Source: Squalus acanthias (Eukaryota). Taken from it: 64,000 bases of DNA. A model generated the notes under the pieces. It was not told where the DNA came from. It saw only the letters and a program-made list of their open reading frames with translations, and did not search any database. The stretch is taken from NCBI GenBank assembly GCA_030390025.1, contig CM059425.1, positions 168,332,001 through 168,396,000 of the forward strand. The letters are read 5' to 3'. Shown here in pieces: positions 24,380 to 37,580 of this stretch (position 1 is its first letter; every line of letters starts with the position of its first letter). Position numbers and translations under genes: made by a program.

Positions 24380-25932
24380 TGGGGGAAACAGAAGAGGAGG
24401 AAGCAGAAGGAAGGATGCAACCCAGACAGCCCCTTTCTGCCTGGGATATCCAGGATGGAATCATCCGCCTGTGGTCCCAGTGACCACAACCCCAATTCCC
24501 CTTTCAACATTAATCCCACGCCTTACCTTCCCTCTATTACTGACCATCACAGCGTCCTCTTGGCCACGATGCTGAAATAAAAGCCACCACAAAGCAAACT
24601 TTCCAATCCAACTTTATACATCTATCTATCCAATGTGGCATCAAGAAATTAACTCATCACCCTTATGCATTCTCTTAGTGACTGCCTATCCTACTGATGC
24701 CACACAGTGCTTCCCCAGTGGCTGCAGAATGGCTGGTGGAAGGCTGCTGACTTTCAGTGGGGGACACTGCAAATGGCTTTGCTGGTTGACCTTGAGGAGT
24801 TGGTGGCTGGTAGAGACAAATCAAGTGACGGTGTTTCTTCTTCTTCTTCTCTCTCCTCTCCCCCTCCTTGGCCAACCACTGGCTGGGCAGGCTGCTTTTC
24901 TTGGGTGTGTGAAATAAGGGAGGCACAAGGGTGAAGTTGTGGTGAGGGGAGGGGGGAAAAGCAAGAGCTGCATGCCAGAAGGAGGATAACCAATGAGAAT
25001 ACCAGCATCTTGTATCCTTTCAGCCCTGCCACTGGCCAAGGGCTCAGCCATGCCCCTGCCAAGAATGGCCTGCACTGTCTCCTCCAAGGGGGTGAGGAGC
25101 TAGGAATGGGAGATGTGCCTCGTGATTGGTACAAATTGTTGATAGGTGAGTGATTGTGCAAGTGGGGGGGGAGAGGAGTCGTGCATTGAGCAGTGTGTGA
25201 GGCTAGTGGTGCAGTTGGTAGGAGACGACTTTTGAAGATGCCTTCACTGAGCTTGACCAGTGGTCTGAAGTCATGAAGCTTCTTTGGGCACTGGATCCAG
25301 GTGGTGGGGTGACACTGCTGGCAGCAACGGGCTCTGTAATGTGGTCCCACATCGTTCTTTCTGGAGGGCCTCCTGGCCCCTGTGGGTAGAGGACCTCTCT
25401 TGGAGTGTTGACCCCCTGCACAAAGCTGGAGTGCTGCATGTGAGACCCTGGTGCCCCTTCCCTGGCTGGCTGAGCCATTTGTTTTAGTGCTGAAGCACTT
25501 TTCTCATTTTTTGAGGTTCGGAAGGGAATTCAGCTTTAAATGCTGAAGATTGCCATTTGGGACTTATTTTTAATGTTTTTTTTTAAAGGCAGTAAGGGCT
25601 GAAAACTGCATTTTTTCACTTCATTAGTTCAGAAGGCATTGCCCTTTTAATGCAATGCCCTTTTAATTTCCGACAGTTCCCAGCAAACTCCATAGCCTCG
25701 CTTCCAGAGGCTGTTAGAAGCTGGAATGCCGCTTCAGGACAGGAATTTTGACTCGGATGCCTGCAGTAACGCCATCAGAAGGGCGTTACACAGTAAGTTA
25801 GCGCTGAGCTAAAAATCTTTAGCCCCCAGTGCGAATTTTTCCCTGGTAGCGCGTCGTCCATTTTCAGCGGCCGTTAACCCAAGTTGCCGGTGACACCCAC
25901 AACTCTCGTGGCGGCCACAAATTTCCGCCCCC
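24380..25932 (-). mobile_element. Decayed Harbinger element with Myb/SANT exon remnant at about 25250-25478; CR1 and SINE fragments at 23905-24380
   Basis: MAQPAREGAP...VLYP.G...PP...W..I......W.QC.KKLHD motif; TIR-like aaatttccgccc at the right end; left end approximate. Confidence 0.65.
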
Positions 25933-26487
25933 CCCATGTTCCAGAGGTGAAGGAGTTTTTAAACCACCAAATAGCCAATCTCCAAGAGTAAGAGTAGCAA
26001 AACTTCGACATAATAAATTGTTTTTTTTTTTAACATATTCAGACCTTTCCCAGCTTATCTCCCTTTACTTTCTGAAAGGCAATGAGTAATGCTGGTACAA
26101 TTTCCCAGATACTATCAGTTGCCCAGTATCTCAGTGATGTTACCATTCTCGAAGTATGACCCTTGAAAGTAAGCAAGCCCGTCCTGTCCTCATCTGCTGC
26201 ACACAATACACTGTTCACCATGAACTCCTGGATGGCAATCAGGCTGATTTTTCCTCCGTAACCCAGTGTACACTGGTTTGAGCATCTCTCTAAGTCCAAC
26301 TGTAGCAATCCCTACTGCTCCTGTGGTTGAAATTAGCTTGGGTGCTTCCTAATATGTATGACTCAATACCATATCTCACAGTGTTTTAACTCAATGAGCG
26401 ATTAAGGAATTTGTCTACATATTCAAGTTTAGAATTCATTTACATCTGTTCATATCCTCCTTAATAAAAACTGAAGGGAACACTTAC

Positions 26488-26625
26488 CAATGGCTGTCAG
26501 CAGGTAAGCCATTTTTGGGTTGTCATACATCCAGCATGCACCTTGACGGCCACAATCGTCTTCATTCCAAAGGACACAAGATAGATCAATCACTGTACCA
26601 AAGAGAATTGGTCCTGGAATAGTGC
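26488..26625 (-). CDS. SLCO4C1: SLCO4C1-like penultimate exon
   Basis: ttacag|GC ACT...ATT G|gtaag; 138 bp; (G)[45 protein letters not shown], matching OATP IPGPI.FG..ID..C..W...CG..GAC..YDN. Confidence 0.94.
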
Positions 26626-26967
26626 CTGTAAGTCAATAAATGAAAAGGTAAAACAACAGTAATAGGAGTGTTGTCAAGTTTTAGTGAAACGTATATATGA
26701 AAACAAAAACAATCTGTTCAGATGGTAACAATTCCTCTGTTCTTTCTATAGATGTTGTCCAAACAATTGAGCCCTATTCTGTCCTCATCTGATGCCCACA
26801 AATGTGGATTCCCATCCGCTTTCTAACCCAGGGCACTAAAGTCTTTTACAGCAAACCTACGACCACCCTGGCTAACATCACATAGTACATCATAGGCCAG
26901 ATATCAAACCTTGGATCTTTCTAATCAGTACAGCTCAACTACTCACTGCCTTAACCAACTAAGATGT

Positions 26968-29310
26968 TTTCATTGCTAACTGCCGCCGTGACATCGGCCA
27001 GCTCAATTTCTCTGCTCCCCTCACTCACTCCAACCTACCTCCCTCTGAACTTGCAGCACTCCATTCTCTCCGATCCAACCCTGACATTGTCATTAAACCT
27101 GCTGACAAGGGTGGCGCTGTTGTTGTTTGGCGAACCGACCTCTACCTAGCGGAAGTTGAACGCCAACTCTCTGACACCTCCTCCTACCTCCACCTGGACC
27201 ATGACCCCACTACTGAACATCAAGCCACCGTGTCCAAGACCGTCACTGACCTCATCTCCTCTGGAGATCTTCCCCCCACGGCCGCCAACCTCATAGTTCC
27301 CCAACCGCGCACAGCCCGCTTCTACCTCCTTCCCAAGATCCACAAACAGGACTGCCCCGGTAGACCCATCGTTTCAGCCTGTTCTTGCCCCACGGAACTT
27401 ATCTCTTCCTATCTCGACTCTATTTTTTCTCCCCTTGTCCAGTCTCTTCCCACCTACATCCGCGACTCTTCCGATGCCCTCCGCCATTTTAACAGTTTCC
27501 AGTTTCCCGGCCCCAACCGTCTCCTCTTCACTATGGACGTACAATCCCTCTACACCTCCATTCCCCACCAGGATGGCCTGAGGGCGCTCCGCTTCTTCCT
27601 TGAACAGAGGCCCAACCAGTCCCCATCCACCACCACCCTCCTCCGCCTGGCTGAACTTGTTCTCACATTGAACAACTTCTCCTTTGACTCTACCCATTTC
27701 CTCCAAATTAAAGGTGTTGCTATGGGTACCCGCATGGGTCCTAGCTATGCCTGCCTTTTCGTGGGATATGTGGAACACTCTTTGTTCCAGTCCTACTCGG
27801 GTCCCCTCCCTCACCTCTTTTTCCGGTACATTGATGACTGTATCGGTGCCGTCTCCTGCTCTCGCCCTGAACTAGAACATTTCATTCACTATGCTTCCAA
27901 TTTCCACCCTTCCCTCACCTTCACATGGTCCATCTCCGACTCTTCCCTTCCCTTCCTCGACTTCTCCATCTCCATCTCTGGGGATAGGTTATTGACTAAC
28001 ATTCACTACAAGCCCACTGACTCCCACAGCTACCTGGACTACACTTCCTCCCACCCCGCCTCCTGTAAGGACTCTATTCCATTCTCCCAGTTTCTCCGTC
28101 TCCGCCGCATCTGCTCTGATGATGCCACCTTCCATACCAGTGCTTCCGACATGTCTTCCTTTTTCCTCAACCGAGGATTCCCCTCTACCGTGGTCGACAC
28201 GGCCCTCGACCGTGTCCGTTCTATCTCCCGCACTTCTGCCCTCACCCCTGCCCCTCCCTCCCGGAACCACGATAGGGTTCCCCTTGTCCTCACCTTTCAC
28301 CCCACCAGCCTCACATTCAACGGATCATCCTCCGCCATTTCCGCCACCTCCAGCGTGATCCCACCACCAAACACATCTTCCCCTCACCTCCCCTTTCAGC
28401 ATTCCGCAGGGACCGCTCCCTCCGCGACACCCTAGTCCACTCCTCTACCACCCCCAGCACCCCTTCCCCTTCGCCCGGCACCTTCCCGTGCACGCGCAGG
28501 AGATGCTACACATGCCCTTACACCTCCCCTCTTCCCACTGTCCAGGGCCCCAAACACCCCTTCCAGGTGAAACAGCGATTTACTTGTACTTCCTGCAATT
28601 TAGTATACTGTATTCGCTGCTCACGATGTGGTCTCCTCTACATTGGGGAGACCAAACGCAGATTGGGTGACCGCTTTGCGGAACACCTCCGTTCAGTCCG
28701 TAAGGGGGACCCCGAGCTCCCGGTGGCCTGTCACTTTAATTCACCGCTTCACTCCCACTCTGACCTCACCGTCCTCGGCCTATTACACTGTTCCACGGAA
28801 GCGCAGCGTAAGCTCGAGGAACAGCACCTCATCTTTCGTTTAGGCACGCTACAGCCCTCTGGACTCAATATCGAGTTCAACAATTTTAGATCATAACCTC
28901 AGCTCCAATCACATTTATATTTTATTTTTTCCACCCTTTTATTTGCCACCCCCCACCTTTTTTTTTTCCTCCTAGAAGCTGGCAGCTGTCCTTCATTCTG
29001 CCAGTGGATTTCACACTTCTTTCAGCCTTAATCTGTCACATTTACACCACCTCTAGCCTTGCATATCTCTTAATGTCTCTTAATGTCTCTTCATCTCCCC
29101 CTTTGTTCTTTTATCCCCTCCCCCTTTTCCCAGCTTTACCCTGGCCTTAAATCTATTTGATTTCCGGCTCTTCACAGTTCTGATGAAAGGTCATCGACCT
29201 GAAACGTTAACTCTCTTTCTCTCTCCACGGATGCTGCCTGGCCTGCTGAGTTTTTCCAGCGTTTTCTGTTGTTATTTCAGATTTCCAGCATCCGCAGTAT
29301 TTTGCTATCG
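26968..29310 (+). mobile_element. Penelope-like element family A (Neptune-like): 5'-truncated RT, Cys-rich linker, GIY-YIG endonuclease, 3' UTR
   Basis: IKPADKGG, FYLLPKIHK..PGRPIVS, MDV.SLYT.IP, GVAMGT.MGP.YA, RYIDD; C...RC.TC linker and VYCI.C..C...YIGET; one frameshift near 28310; TSD taagatgt (26960-26967, 29311-29318). Confidence 0.95.
29176..29212 (+). ncRNA. Minimal type I hammerhead ribozyme of Penelope family A (other copies on minus strand near 9910-9945, 16970-16997, 39135-39172)
   Basis: agtt-CTGATGA-a-aggtc(atc)gacct-GAAA-cgtt-aact; palindromic AACGTT. Confidence 0.82.
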
Positions 29311-29313
29311 TAA

Positions 29314-29495
29314 GATGTGGAAATGCTGGTGTTGGACTGGGGTGGACAAATGTGAGAAGTCGCACAACACCAAGTTATAGTCCAACAGCTTTATTTGAAA
29401 TCACAAGCTTTCGGACGAAGGAGCAGCGCTCCGAAAGCTTGTGATTTAAAATAAAGCTGTTGGACTATAACCTGGTGTTGTGCGACTTCTCACAT
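29314..29495. mobile_element. Penelope family B short inverted pLTR pair
   Basis: Minus pLTR with tail, then plus pLTR; outer TSD ttaaccaactaag (26951-26963, 29496-29508). Confidence 0.85.
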
Positions 29496-30908
29496 TTAAC
29501 CAACTAAGCCATTGGGGTAGCTCAATGTTCCCTCTAATTATTTTTTTTGGGCCGCGCAGCCCCTTTAACGGGCTGCATGGCCCATTCAAAATTCCACGCA
29601 TGCATGATTATTTCCATTTAAAAGCCGATGAGCCGGCTGTGCAGCCATTGGGTAGCTATCTATATTTTTAATCTCTGTTGAACATATGCGCTTATTGCTC
29701 TGACTGCAATGTTGCTGTTTTGCATATAGTTACTCTTCAGCACCGGGTGTACTATTGAATGTATAATACCATTTTCTATTGTCTTTGACATTTTCAAACT
29801 ACCACGTTATACAGTGGCAACATTATTGTGTACTCTATATCATGATTTTTTTAAAATAAAGAATTACTGGAAGTTTGTGCCATGAACAACTTATTTCTGT
29901 GACAATGTATTTTTTTGGCATTTGATTCAAATAATCCTTTTAAACTAGAATTCAGTCATTAAACAATTTATCTGGATTTTGCTCCCATTCCAAACTAAAC
30001 AGTGGGCGACAGACAGGAGGAAAAAGAATTGAGCGAAGTAAAAGGTTTTAAAATTATTTTAGTGGAAAAGCATTAGGACAGATAGATTACATTAAATATA
30101 ACAAGTAAAAGTGAAGTTAAACTAATGAAAATAGAAGTAAAAGAAAAATGGGAAAGAGAGAATGGGGAAAGGCAGAAAATTAATGCTTCTTTTTCATTTT
30201 TATTTAAAATTGTTTTTGACGGTTTATTTTAACAGTATAGGATTACTATTATACAACACTACTCTTAACATCTGAGCATCTTCATTGCTGTAATTTCAGT
30301 GTTTGTTTCAGTGTCACTGTGTATAAGTTGAAAACTGTTTTTTAAATGGCTAGCGAGGTAGCCTGGATTTCTCCCACAACTGCTGGCAGTCGAAGAAGTA
30401 AAATGAATGTTTTTGCTTTAGCATGGACTCCAATCAATGATCTGTAATAGTTTTTCAAAAACTTCTTTCTGCTCGCCAAGGTGAGGAGATCACTTCTGGA
30501 GAATGGCGCACTCTTCCACTTTCAGCATTAAGCACTCTTGGACAGAATAAATCTTTCTCTTCTCTGTCCCAACAATGAAGCTCAGCCTCAGAACAGCTCT
30601 GCCATCTCCATCTGTCTGATATTTTCCCATTTCCAATGCCAGCTATTCTCATGGCCCAAGTACGATTACCAATTTGAACTGAACTGTGGCCAGTTTTGTT
30701 CAAACCCACTTTGAACTGAGTTAAGACTGCCAAATACGTTCCATGCAGGGTCCTTATTGCCAGAAGAGGAGAATTGCATCTTGTATGTCTGCACAGAACG
30801 TCATTCTAAAGTCAAGAGCTACTGGAACATGTTTACCCAAAACAGCACCAATTCGCTCCCTGCCTAACATTTATCTATCGTATAAACAGAATGACATTTG
30901 TACAAACT

Positions 30909-31730
30909 GGCCCAGAAAATCCACGGGCCACCATCCCAGTGGTTCCACGAGACTCTCACCCATCAGTGCCCTTCAATGCTGACACTGCCAGAGCTTGTGT
31001 GATCAGCAGGAAGGCACCAAATTTGCATGGGGCTAGCAGATGCCCACGCCACTACAGGCGCATCTCTGGCACCTGTCCATCACTGGAGTGGCATTGCCCA
31101 GGCCCCACCTAGACCCAGTGAGCATCCCTTCAGCCGCCTGTGGAAGAGGACCGATGCAGATTTTTTAAAAGACCAATTGTCGGTGTTAAAGCTGTTTCCC
31201 TGGTCTGGTCCAGTTGTGCCCATCTGGAGGTCAGTATGCCTCATCTCTCTTAGCGTATTGATTTTCCAGTCCTACACCAGGTCCCAATTGAGCTTGGGAT
31301 ATGGCAAGTTATGACAAAGGGAGTCCACCCCAGCTCCATTCCCTGATATCATTGGCCTTGTAAGGGTCAGCCCGAAACTGAGTCCCTGCCGCTTTATGGT
31401 GAGTTCCATGGATAAGAACATAAGAAATAGGAGCAGGAGTAGGCCAATTGGCCCCTCGAGCCTGCTCCGCCATTCAATAAGATCATGGCTGATCTGATCC
31501 TAACCGCCAATCTACTATCACAGAACCATCTCCTGAACCTAACAGAATTGGACACACGAAATAGGAGCAGGATCAGGCTACACGGCCCCTGGGCCTGCTG
31601 CGCTACCCACAGGGCCATGACCGATCCGAACCTAGACTCATGTCCAAATTCCTGCCCGCTCCCCGTAACCCTTAGATTCCCACTGGAATTACAGCCTTAG
31701 TCCAACAGAAATTCAAGGAAATTTGGAGCC
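30909..31730. mobile_element. Probable Harbinger-type MITE containing a double CR1-tail insert (31412-31700)
   Basis: ggcccagaaaat ... aaatttggagcc imperfect TIRs; two tandem CR1 3' tails on the minus strand inside. Confidence 0.5.
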
Positions 31731-31875
31731 ATTGTGTTATGCAGATAGTTCTACCCACTGCACTACACGTGGACCTGTGTGAAATTCCTCCATTTGCAAA
31801 TGAGATTTTAAGACAGTATTTGTTTTATTCTGTGGGTTCATTTCAAATACAAATGGTATCATGGCAGCTTCTCAC

Positions 31876-31940
31876 CTAGGAGCCGCACAAAGACCCATTG
31901 AATACCCAATGAAAACGAGCGTTGGTTATCAGGGACACAC
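31876..31940 (-). CDS. SLCO4C1: SLCO4C1-like 65-bp exon
   Basis: ttacag|G TGT GTC...CTA G|gtgag; (R)CVPDNQRSFSLGIQWVFVRLL(G), the conserved OATP short exon. Confidence 0.93.
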
Positions 31941-32939
31941 CTGTAAGCAAATAAAAAAAGGTAATTCTAGTTGATTTTTCAGCAAATTGAATAAAAAAAG
32001 GAAAACATAAACTGAGATTTGTCAAAAAAGTATTTATTGCCACCCATTTCCTCCCTCCATTTGGACCACTCCATGCCGAGCACTATTCCCCAGCCCAGTA
32101 GGCAGGTAGGCAACCTTTCCCTGACTGATAGGAAGAACATGAAAGCATGAGTTGACTAATCATCTTATCTTCCTTTTAGAACAATTTAGCTGAGATTAGG
32201 AACTTACTGTGTGGGGAATTGTGTGGATAAAACCATACCAGTGATCTGTGGTGCACTTACGCTGAAGTTATGACCGTGGAGTGGGAGCAGCATTGAGGAA
32301 ATTCCCGGCCATAGATTCAGTTTTTTGCACATCTCATTTATTTAATTTAGGAATCTAGTGTCCTAGGCCAAAGATCAAGGGGAACATGGAGATGCAGTTA
32401 AACAAAGAAGCACCTTGGTCTTTTTCTTACAGTAAAGGCGCTATATAAATGCAAGTTATTTGTGTTGTTGTATAAATTGTATAACCTGAGTTATGAAGTC
32501 ATACCCATTAGAAACTGCCTCAAGGAGTTACATCTTATAGAGTGGAGATATTCATCCCATTCAAATCTCAAAAGCAAAATGTCAGTATGAAAACAACTTG
32601 CGTCGCTAAACTATTCCAACAGCAAATATTGTTTTGCAGAAAGTATTTCAATAAACTTCAAAATTGACTTTTAAAGATCAAAAATCTTACATAATTTAAA
32701 GAGCCAAGCTTGATGTCTGAAACCATACCCCAAGAAATTTGTATACATTTCTGGATATTTTGACCATTTTTCCACAGAAAGGATCCAAGTAGGAGTTATT
32801 TTAAATGTGTTTTTATATTAAAGCTTGTTTTAAAGAAGTTAAATTCAACGAGCAGCAGGGTTGGCTAGTGTGTATTCAGGGTGTAGGGGAAGGGTTTCAG
32901 TTTTGACCAAAGGCAGCCAGAATTTTAAAAAGAAAGACA

Positions 32940-33370
32940 GGGGGAAAATTCGTTAGCGACCATTTTAGGTCGCTAACAATGCCTGGGCGCTAAATTTAGC
33001 GCCCGGTGAAAAATAGTGCCGGCGATCGCTAACTTCAGTTTTAGCGCCCCAAGATGGAGGTGGAGCACTAATTTAATATCGGGGCGGTGCGTTCTGCAGC
33101 GCTATGCACTGGGCCACGTAGCGCTGCCGCATGGAAGGGCTCTTCCCCCTCATTAAAGGGGAGGGGCACATCCACAACTCTGCGGGGCCCTACCTGGACC
33201 ACCGGGGAGCAGGGGCGCCGTGCCAGCAGCCCGGCACTCAAGAGGAGTGCCGGACTGTCAGATTGCGGCACGGACCCCGTGTTCACAGACGCAACGGGCT
33301 GCGACAAGTAAGTTGGCCGATTTTCTTTTTCCTGCCCGTCACCTCCCCTTTAGTTAGCGCCCCGCGAGCC
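32940..33370. mobile_element. Truncated GC-rich Harbinger-type MITE
   Basis: Starts gggggaaaattcg; rich in tagcgccc motifs shared with the 8197 and 51018 elements. Confidence 0.6.
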
Positions 33371-33669
33371 TCCTGCCGAAGCTAGAAGGAATGGACAAGC
33401 AGAAGCCAGAGGACTGAATGCAATGAGCTCAGGTATTTTAAATGTCCCGAGGCAGGTCACAAGGCAAACCAATGCTGCTCTCTCAGAAATTCTGTGACGC
33501 AAACTGGAAAGTTGCATGAGCTCGGATGGCATGAGACAGCTAGTTATGTGGGGACTGCTGCCGTAGACAGATTGACTCCTTACCTTCACCCAGTCACAAC
33601 GAATGCAGAGCTACTTATTCACAATAGTACATGGCAGCCAGGTGAAGGACCACCATTACGAGAAGGGCA

Positions 33670-33880
33670 ATTTTTTTTTTTTATTTGTTCACGGGATGTT
33701 GCTGGCAAGGCCAGTATTTATTGCCCATCCCTAATTACCCTTGAGAAGGTGGTGGTGAGCCACCTTCTTGAATCGCTGCAGTCCGTGTGGTGGAGGTACT
33801 CCCACAGTGCTATTAGGGAGGGAGTTCCAGGATTTTGACCCGGCAACTATGAAGGAACGGCGATATATTTCCAAGTCAGG
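33670..33880 (-). mobile_element. LINE 3' end with poly(A) tail; a further LINE ORF2 fragment at about 62200-62710 (+)
   Basis: T-run followed by a minus-strand SWNSLP motif; the 62.4 kb ORF has PW...ECR.A linker motifs; LINE clade not resolved. Confidence 0.6.
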
Positions 33881-34641
33881 TGGCAGTGGATGGCAGCAGA
33901 AGTACCTGCGCCAAGAGTTTGGTTGGAATATTTTGGTTACACAGGGGTCACAGAAATGGTTCCATCATGTCATTTGGTGTTTTAGTTATAAGCAAGTAGA
34001 TCAGGGAAGAGGAGGTTTGGGTGACAGTGTTGGATCCATCTCAATGGTCGAGTGCAAACAGCTACAGAAGATGCCATCGAGTTGCACAAGTTTTAGGGCT
34101 CCCCACAATGTAGGAAATTCAGAGGACAAAGGTGATTGCAGGTGGAGAGCTTGCGGTGTCAGTTCTGAGTACAGCACAGGCAAGTGTGGCGGCATCAAGC
34201 AGGGCGCCAAATGACCCTTGGGGTTTCACAGCCGAGGGAAGCGTGGATAGTACAAACTGAGAGGTCTGGAGAATGTGCAGCTGGCCAACCAAGCACAAGG
34301 GCTCAATAAAAGGCAGACAGAAAGCTCACCTCTCACCTTACGGATGGAGCTTAAAAGGCACCATATGCTGGGTGGATGTGTTCATGGAAAGTATCAAGGT
34401 ATGAGTTCTTTTTAAAATGTGCTTTTATGTTGTGCTGCACCCTGTAAGAGCAATGTGCAATACTGGTTCTGTAGGACTGGTCAACACCAAGTATACTGTG
34501 TTCAATTCAGATTGGATAAAAAATAAATATATAAATCGTACTTGCACTTATGATACACCTTATCATATTGACATATCTTGAAGCACTTTACAGAAAGAAT
34601 TAGCTTCAAAATGCAGTGGCTGTTATGTGGGTACTGAATAC

Positions 34642-34808
34642 CTGAGAACAGCTGTTGTGATTGGTGTACTCGTCATGAATGTTAAAATGACAGTAAACAA
34701 AAAAAATCCCATAAATATGGGCATGTTGCCACACGTAGAACTACATTTTCCTTCATGTACAGCATTAGCTTCAGAAACATTCTGGATACAAGAACATTCC
34801 TGATAAAC
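34642..34808 (-). CDS. SLCO4C1: SLCO4C1-like exon
   Basis: ttgcag|GTT TAT...CTC AG|gtatt; 167 bp; VYQECSCIQNVSEANAVHEGKCSSTCGNMPIFMGFFLFTVILTFMTSTPITTAVL(R). Confidence 0.92.
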
Positions 34809-36136
34809 CTGCAATACAAAAGGCAAACACAATTAATACGCCCAGCATTTCCTCACAGCTGCTTCCACTCGGCTGCCGTAACTTCGCCGGAAGTGCGGCA
34901 GAAACCCTGTTGCCGACACACTTCCTGGCGAAGTTAGTGATTGAGCAGGAGCAGCTCCGAGGAAATTCCCAGCCAATAGGTCACTGATGACATCAATTTT
35001 TTAGTTTACATACCTGAATAACATTATTTTGCTATGTACCTGACAGCTATATTTTCATTTTGTTAATAAAGACATTTCAATAAGTGACCCAGTCTGAGAT
35101 GCGTTACAAGGCTGTGGCACAGAGCGGGCAAGACAACATCATCATAAACAGTGACAGCAAATTCTGAAATGTATATGCGGCTCGGAATGCACTTCCGAGT
35201 CTACTATTCCGTATAATACATATAAACTTAACTTTATTTGCAATTGTTTATAGAATTTTGCTTTAAACAGCAGAATGTATTTTAAACAGCAATGGTCTGG
35301 ACTATAAATCTTCCTGCTTTTTCCAGCATTGAAGCAAATTATATCATATTGAAAGTCACCAGAGCCATATAGAAAATACCCTGGCCTATCAATTTGTTTT
35401 CCAACATTTATCGGGCAAAAAACTGTAGTCGAAGAAGTCCATCTTTCATCCCCACTCTCTGCTACCAGTTCCTGAGTCACAGTTTTCTCTTGTTCCCAAT
35501 ATGTTCTTTCAGTTCCTACCACAACTTTCCCTTGTCTTGGTTGGGCATTACTTTTCTAAATTTCACTCCCTCCCTGAATTTTTCTAATTTTCCAACTTCA
35601 AATGTGTTACGTTTTTCCCACTGCATACTCATCTTTGTCTCTTCTTGTACTGCAATAATGTCATTTCTGTAAATTTTAAACTGCAATAGTGAAAAAATAT
35701 CAAGCTACATCATGTTTTACATGTTTCCCTCTCTCTGGAACTGGCAAAGGGAAGCTAATGGTGAGACTTGGGGAAGAATCAGTCTAAATGGAAGAGAATG
35801 ACCACCCGATCACCTGATTTTTACCATCATGCCACATTGATATTGGTATATATCCAGATGTTACCGGGTCTCTTCACACCATAATTCAAAACAACTCTCT
35901 CTCCCTTTTTATTTTTTGCCGAAGCTTCACATTCAAGTCTAATCCTGTTCCCAACTAGCATTCGAAATCTTGCACTTTCAGCAGGGGTTACTGGATAACA
36001 ATCTGGAGTGGGATCCTTGGCTGATTTTTCTCTCCCTAGCCAAGTGATGCCTCTGTAGAACCTTGAGGTTGTCCCAGCTGACCCAGCCAAGATCACCTAA
36101 CTCACCACAAGGTAGGGATCAAACCCGAGACCTTCT

Positions 36137-36820
36137 ATAAGAACATAAGACTTAGGAGCAGGAGTAGGCCATACAACCCCTCGAGCCTGCTCCACCATTC
36201 AATATGATCTTCGACCTCAATTCCACTTTCTCGCCCTATCTCCATATCCCTTGATTCCCTAAGAGTGCAAAACTCTATCAATCTCAGGGGGGAGGGGAGG
36301 AAAGAACGAAAAGGGAAGGCCTGTGATAGGGTGGAGGGCAGGAGTGATTAATTGACAAAAGGGATGATGGTGCAAGGCAAAAGGGGATGGTAATGGTACA
36401 AGTAAAGAAACAAAAGATGGGTCTAGAGGAGCTGTAAATGGCAACAGCATTTACAATTACATTTGTTTGTTTGTCAATGTTTAGTACCTAAAAATCTAGC
36501 GATCTCTGTCTTGAATATACTTAACGACTGAGCGTCCACAGCCCTCTGGGGTAGAGAATTCCAAAGATTCACAACCCTCTGAGTGAAGAAATTTCTCCTC
36601 ATCTCAGTCCTAAATGGCTGACCCCATAGCCTGAGAATATGCCTCTCAGCATCTACCATGTCAAGCCCTCTCAGAATCTTATATGTTTAATGAGATCACC
36701 TCTCATTCTTCTAAAGAGTATAGGCCCAATCTATTCAATCTCTCCTCATAGGATAACCCTCTCATCCCAGGAATCAATCTGTTGAACCTTCATTGCAACC
36801 CCTCCAAGGCAAATATATCC
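36137..36820 (-). mobile_element. CR1 3' fragment carrying a templated insert copied from the 10 kb locus
   Basis: CR1 tail ataagaacataag; 36290-36540 nearly identical to 10003-10255. Confidence 0.85.
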
Positions 36821-37420
36821 TGGTCTGTATATTCTAGTCTGTACAGCTTAGTACACAAGATGTGGTGTATTTACTGACTAAGCCACACTTTTTAAATGGT
36901 AATTTCTGTTATGTTAAATGGTCAAGTCTGCCCGATGACGTATATTTGCATATTTAAACTTGATGATTACCGTTGGAGTGTAAAATTACAAAACCCTGTG
37001 AGCGGAGTTCTCTGCTGGCAGCAACTGTGTTGAACCTATTACCAGCCTATCGTGGTAAATCCAGGTCACTATGTTTTACTTACTGCAAAAACTGGTGTAC
37101 ACAGCAGCACACCAGTTAACATTTGTACCTATGGCTTTTATGCTGTGTATCTGAGTAACAAAGTATCACTTGCATTGGCGCATAAGTCACACCCCTGCAT
37201 GACAGTAGAATTTATTTAGGATGAATTGTTCTTTATGTAATATACCTCCAAATATTTTTTCTTCTTGCCCAAGAGTAGAAATCAAAATTTCTAAACAATT
37301 ATGTCCCCACTATTTTGTTACGTTGCAACGTACCATTTGCATAATCATGAGACAATTTAAGTTTGATGAATTAGCTAATCAAAGATACTGATAAACTATC
37401 TTTAAGTTAGAGGGACCTAC

Positions 37421-37580
37421 CTGAGGGTTACCTGCTACTGTTGTATTAGTGCAACCTGCATAGCATGCAGAAAAATACTGGACATTATCTACACCACAGA
37501 CTGGGTTGTAGAATGAACGGATGCAGTGACATTCATTATTGCAGGATGCCTCCAATTTGAATTTCTCTGCAGTGCTGCTA
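37421..37580 (-). CDS. SLCO4C1: SLCO4C1-like exon (Kazal-like extracellular loop)
   Basis: ctcacag|T AGC...CCT CAG|gtagg; 160 bp; SSTAEKFKLEASCNNECHCIRSFYNPVCGVDNVQYFSACYAGCTNTTVAGNPQ, the Cys-rich Kazal motif of OATPs. Confidence 0.93.

Noticed and set aside
30450..30900. Possible coding exon or old L1/Tx1 fragment
   Set aside because: Many stops and only vague motif resemblance; cannot be supported without a search
37428..37432. Alternative donor GCAG|gtaacc in the Kazal exon
   Set aside because: It would shift the frame relative to the next exon; the 37421 donor fits the phase
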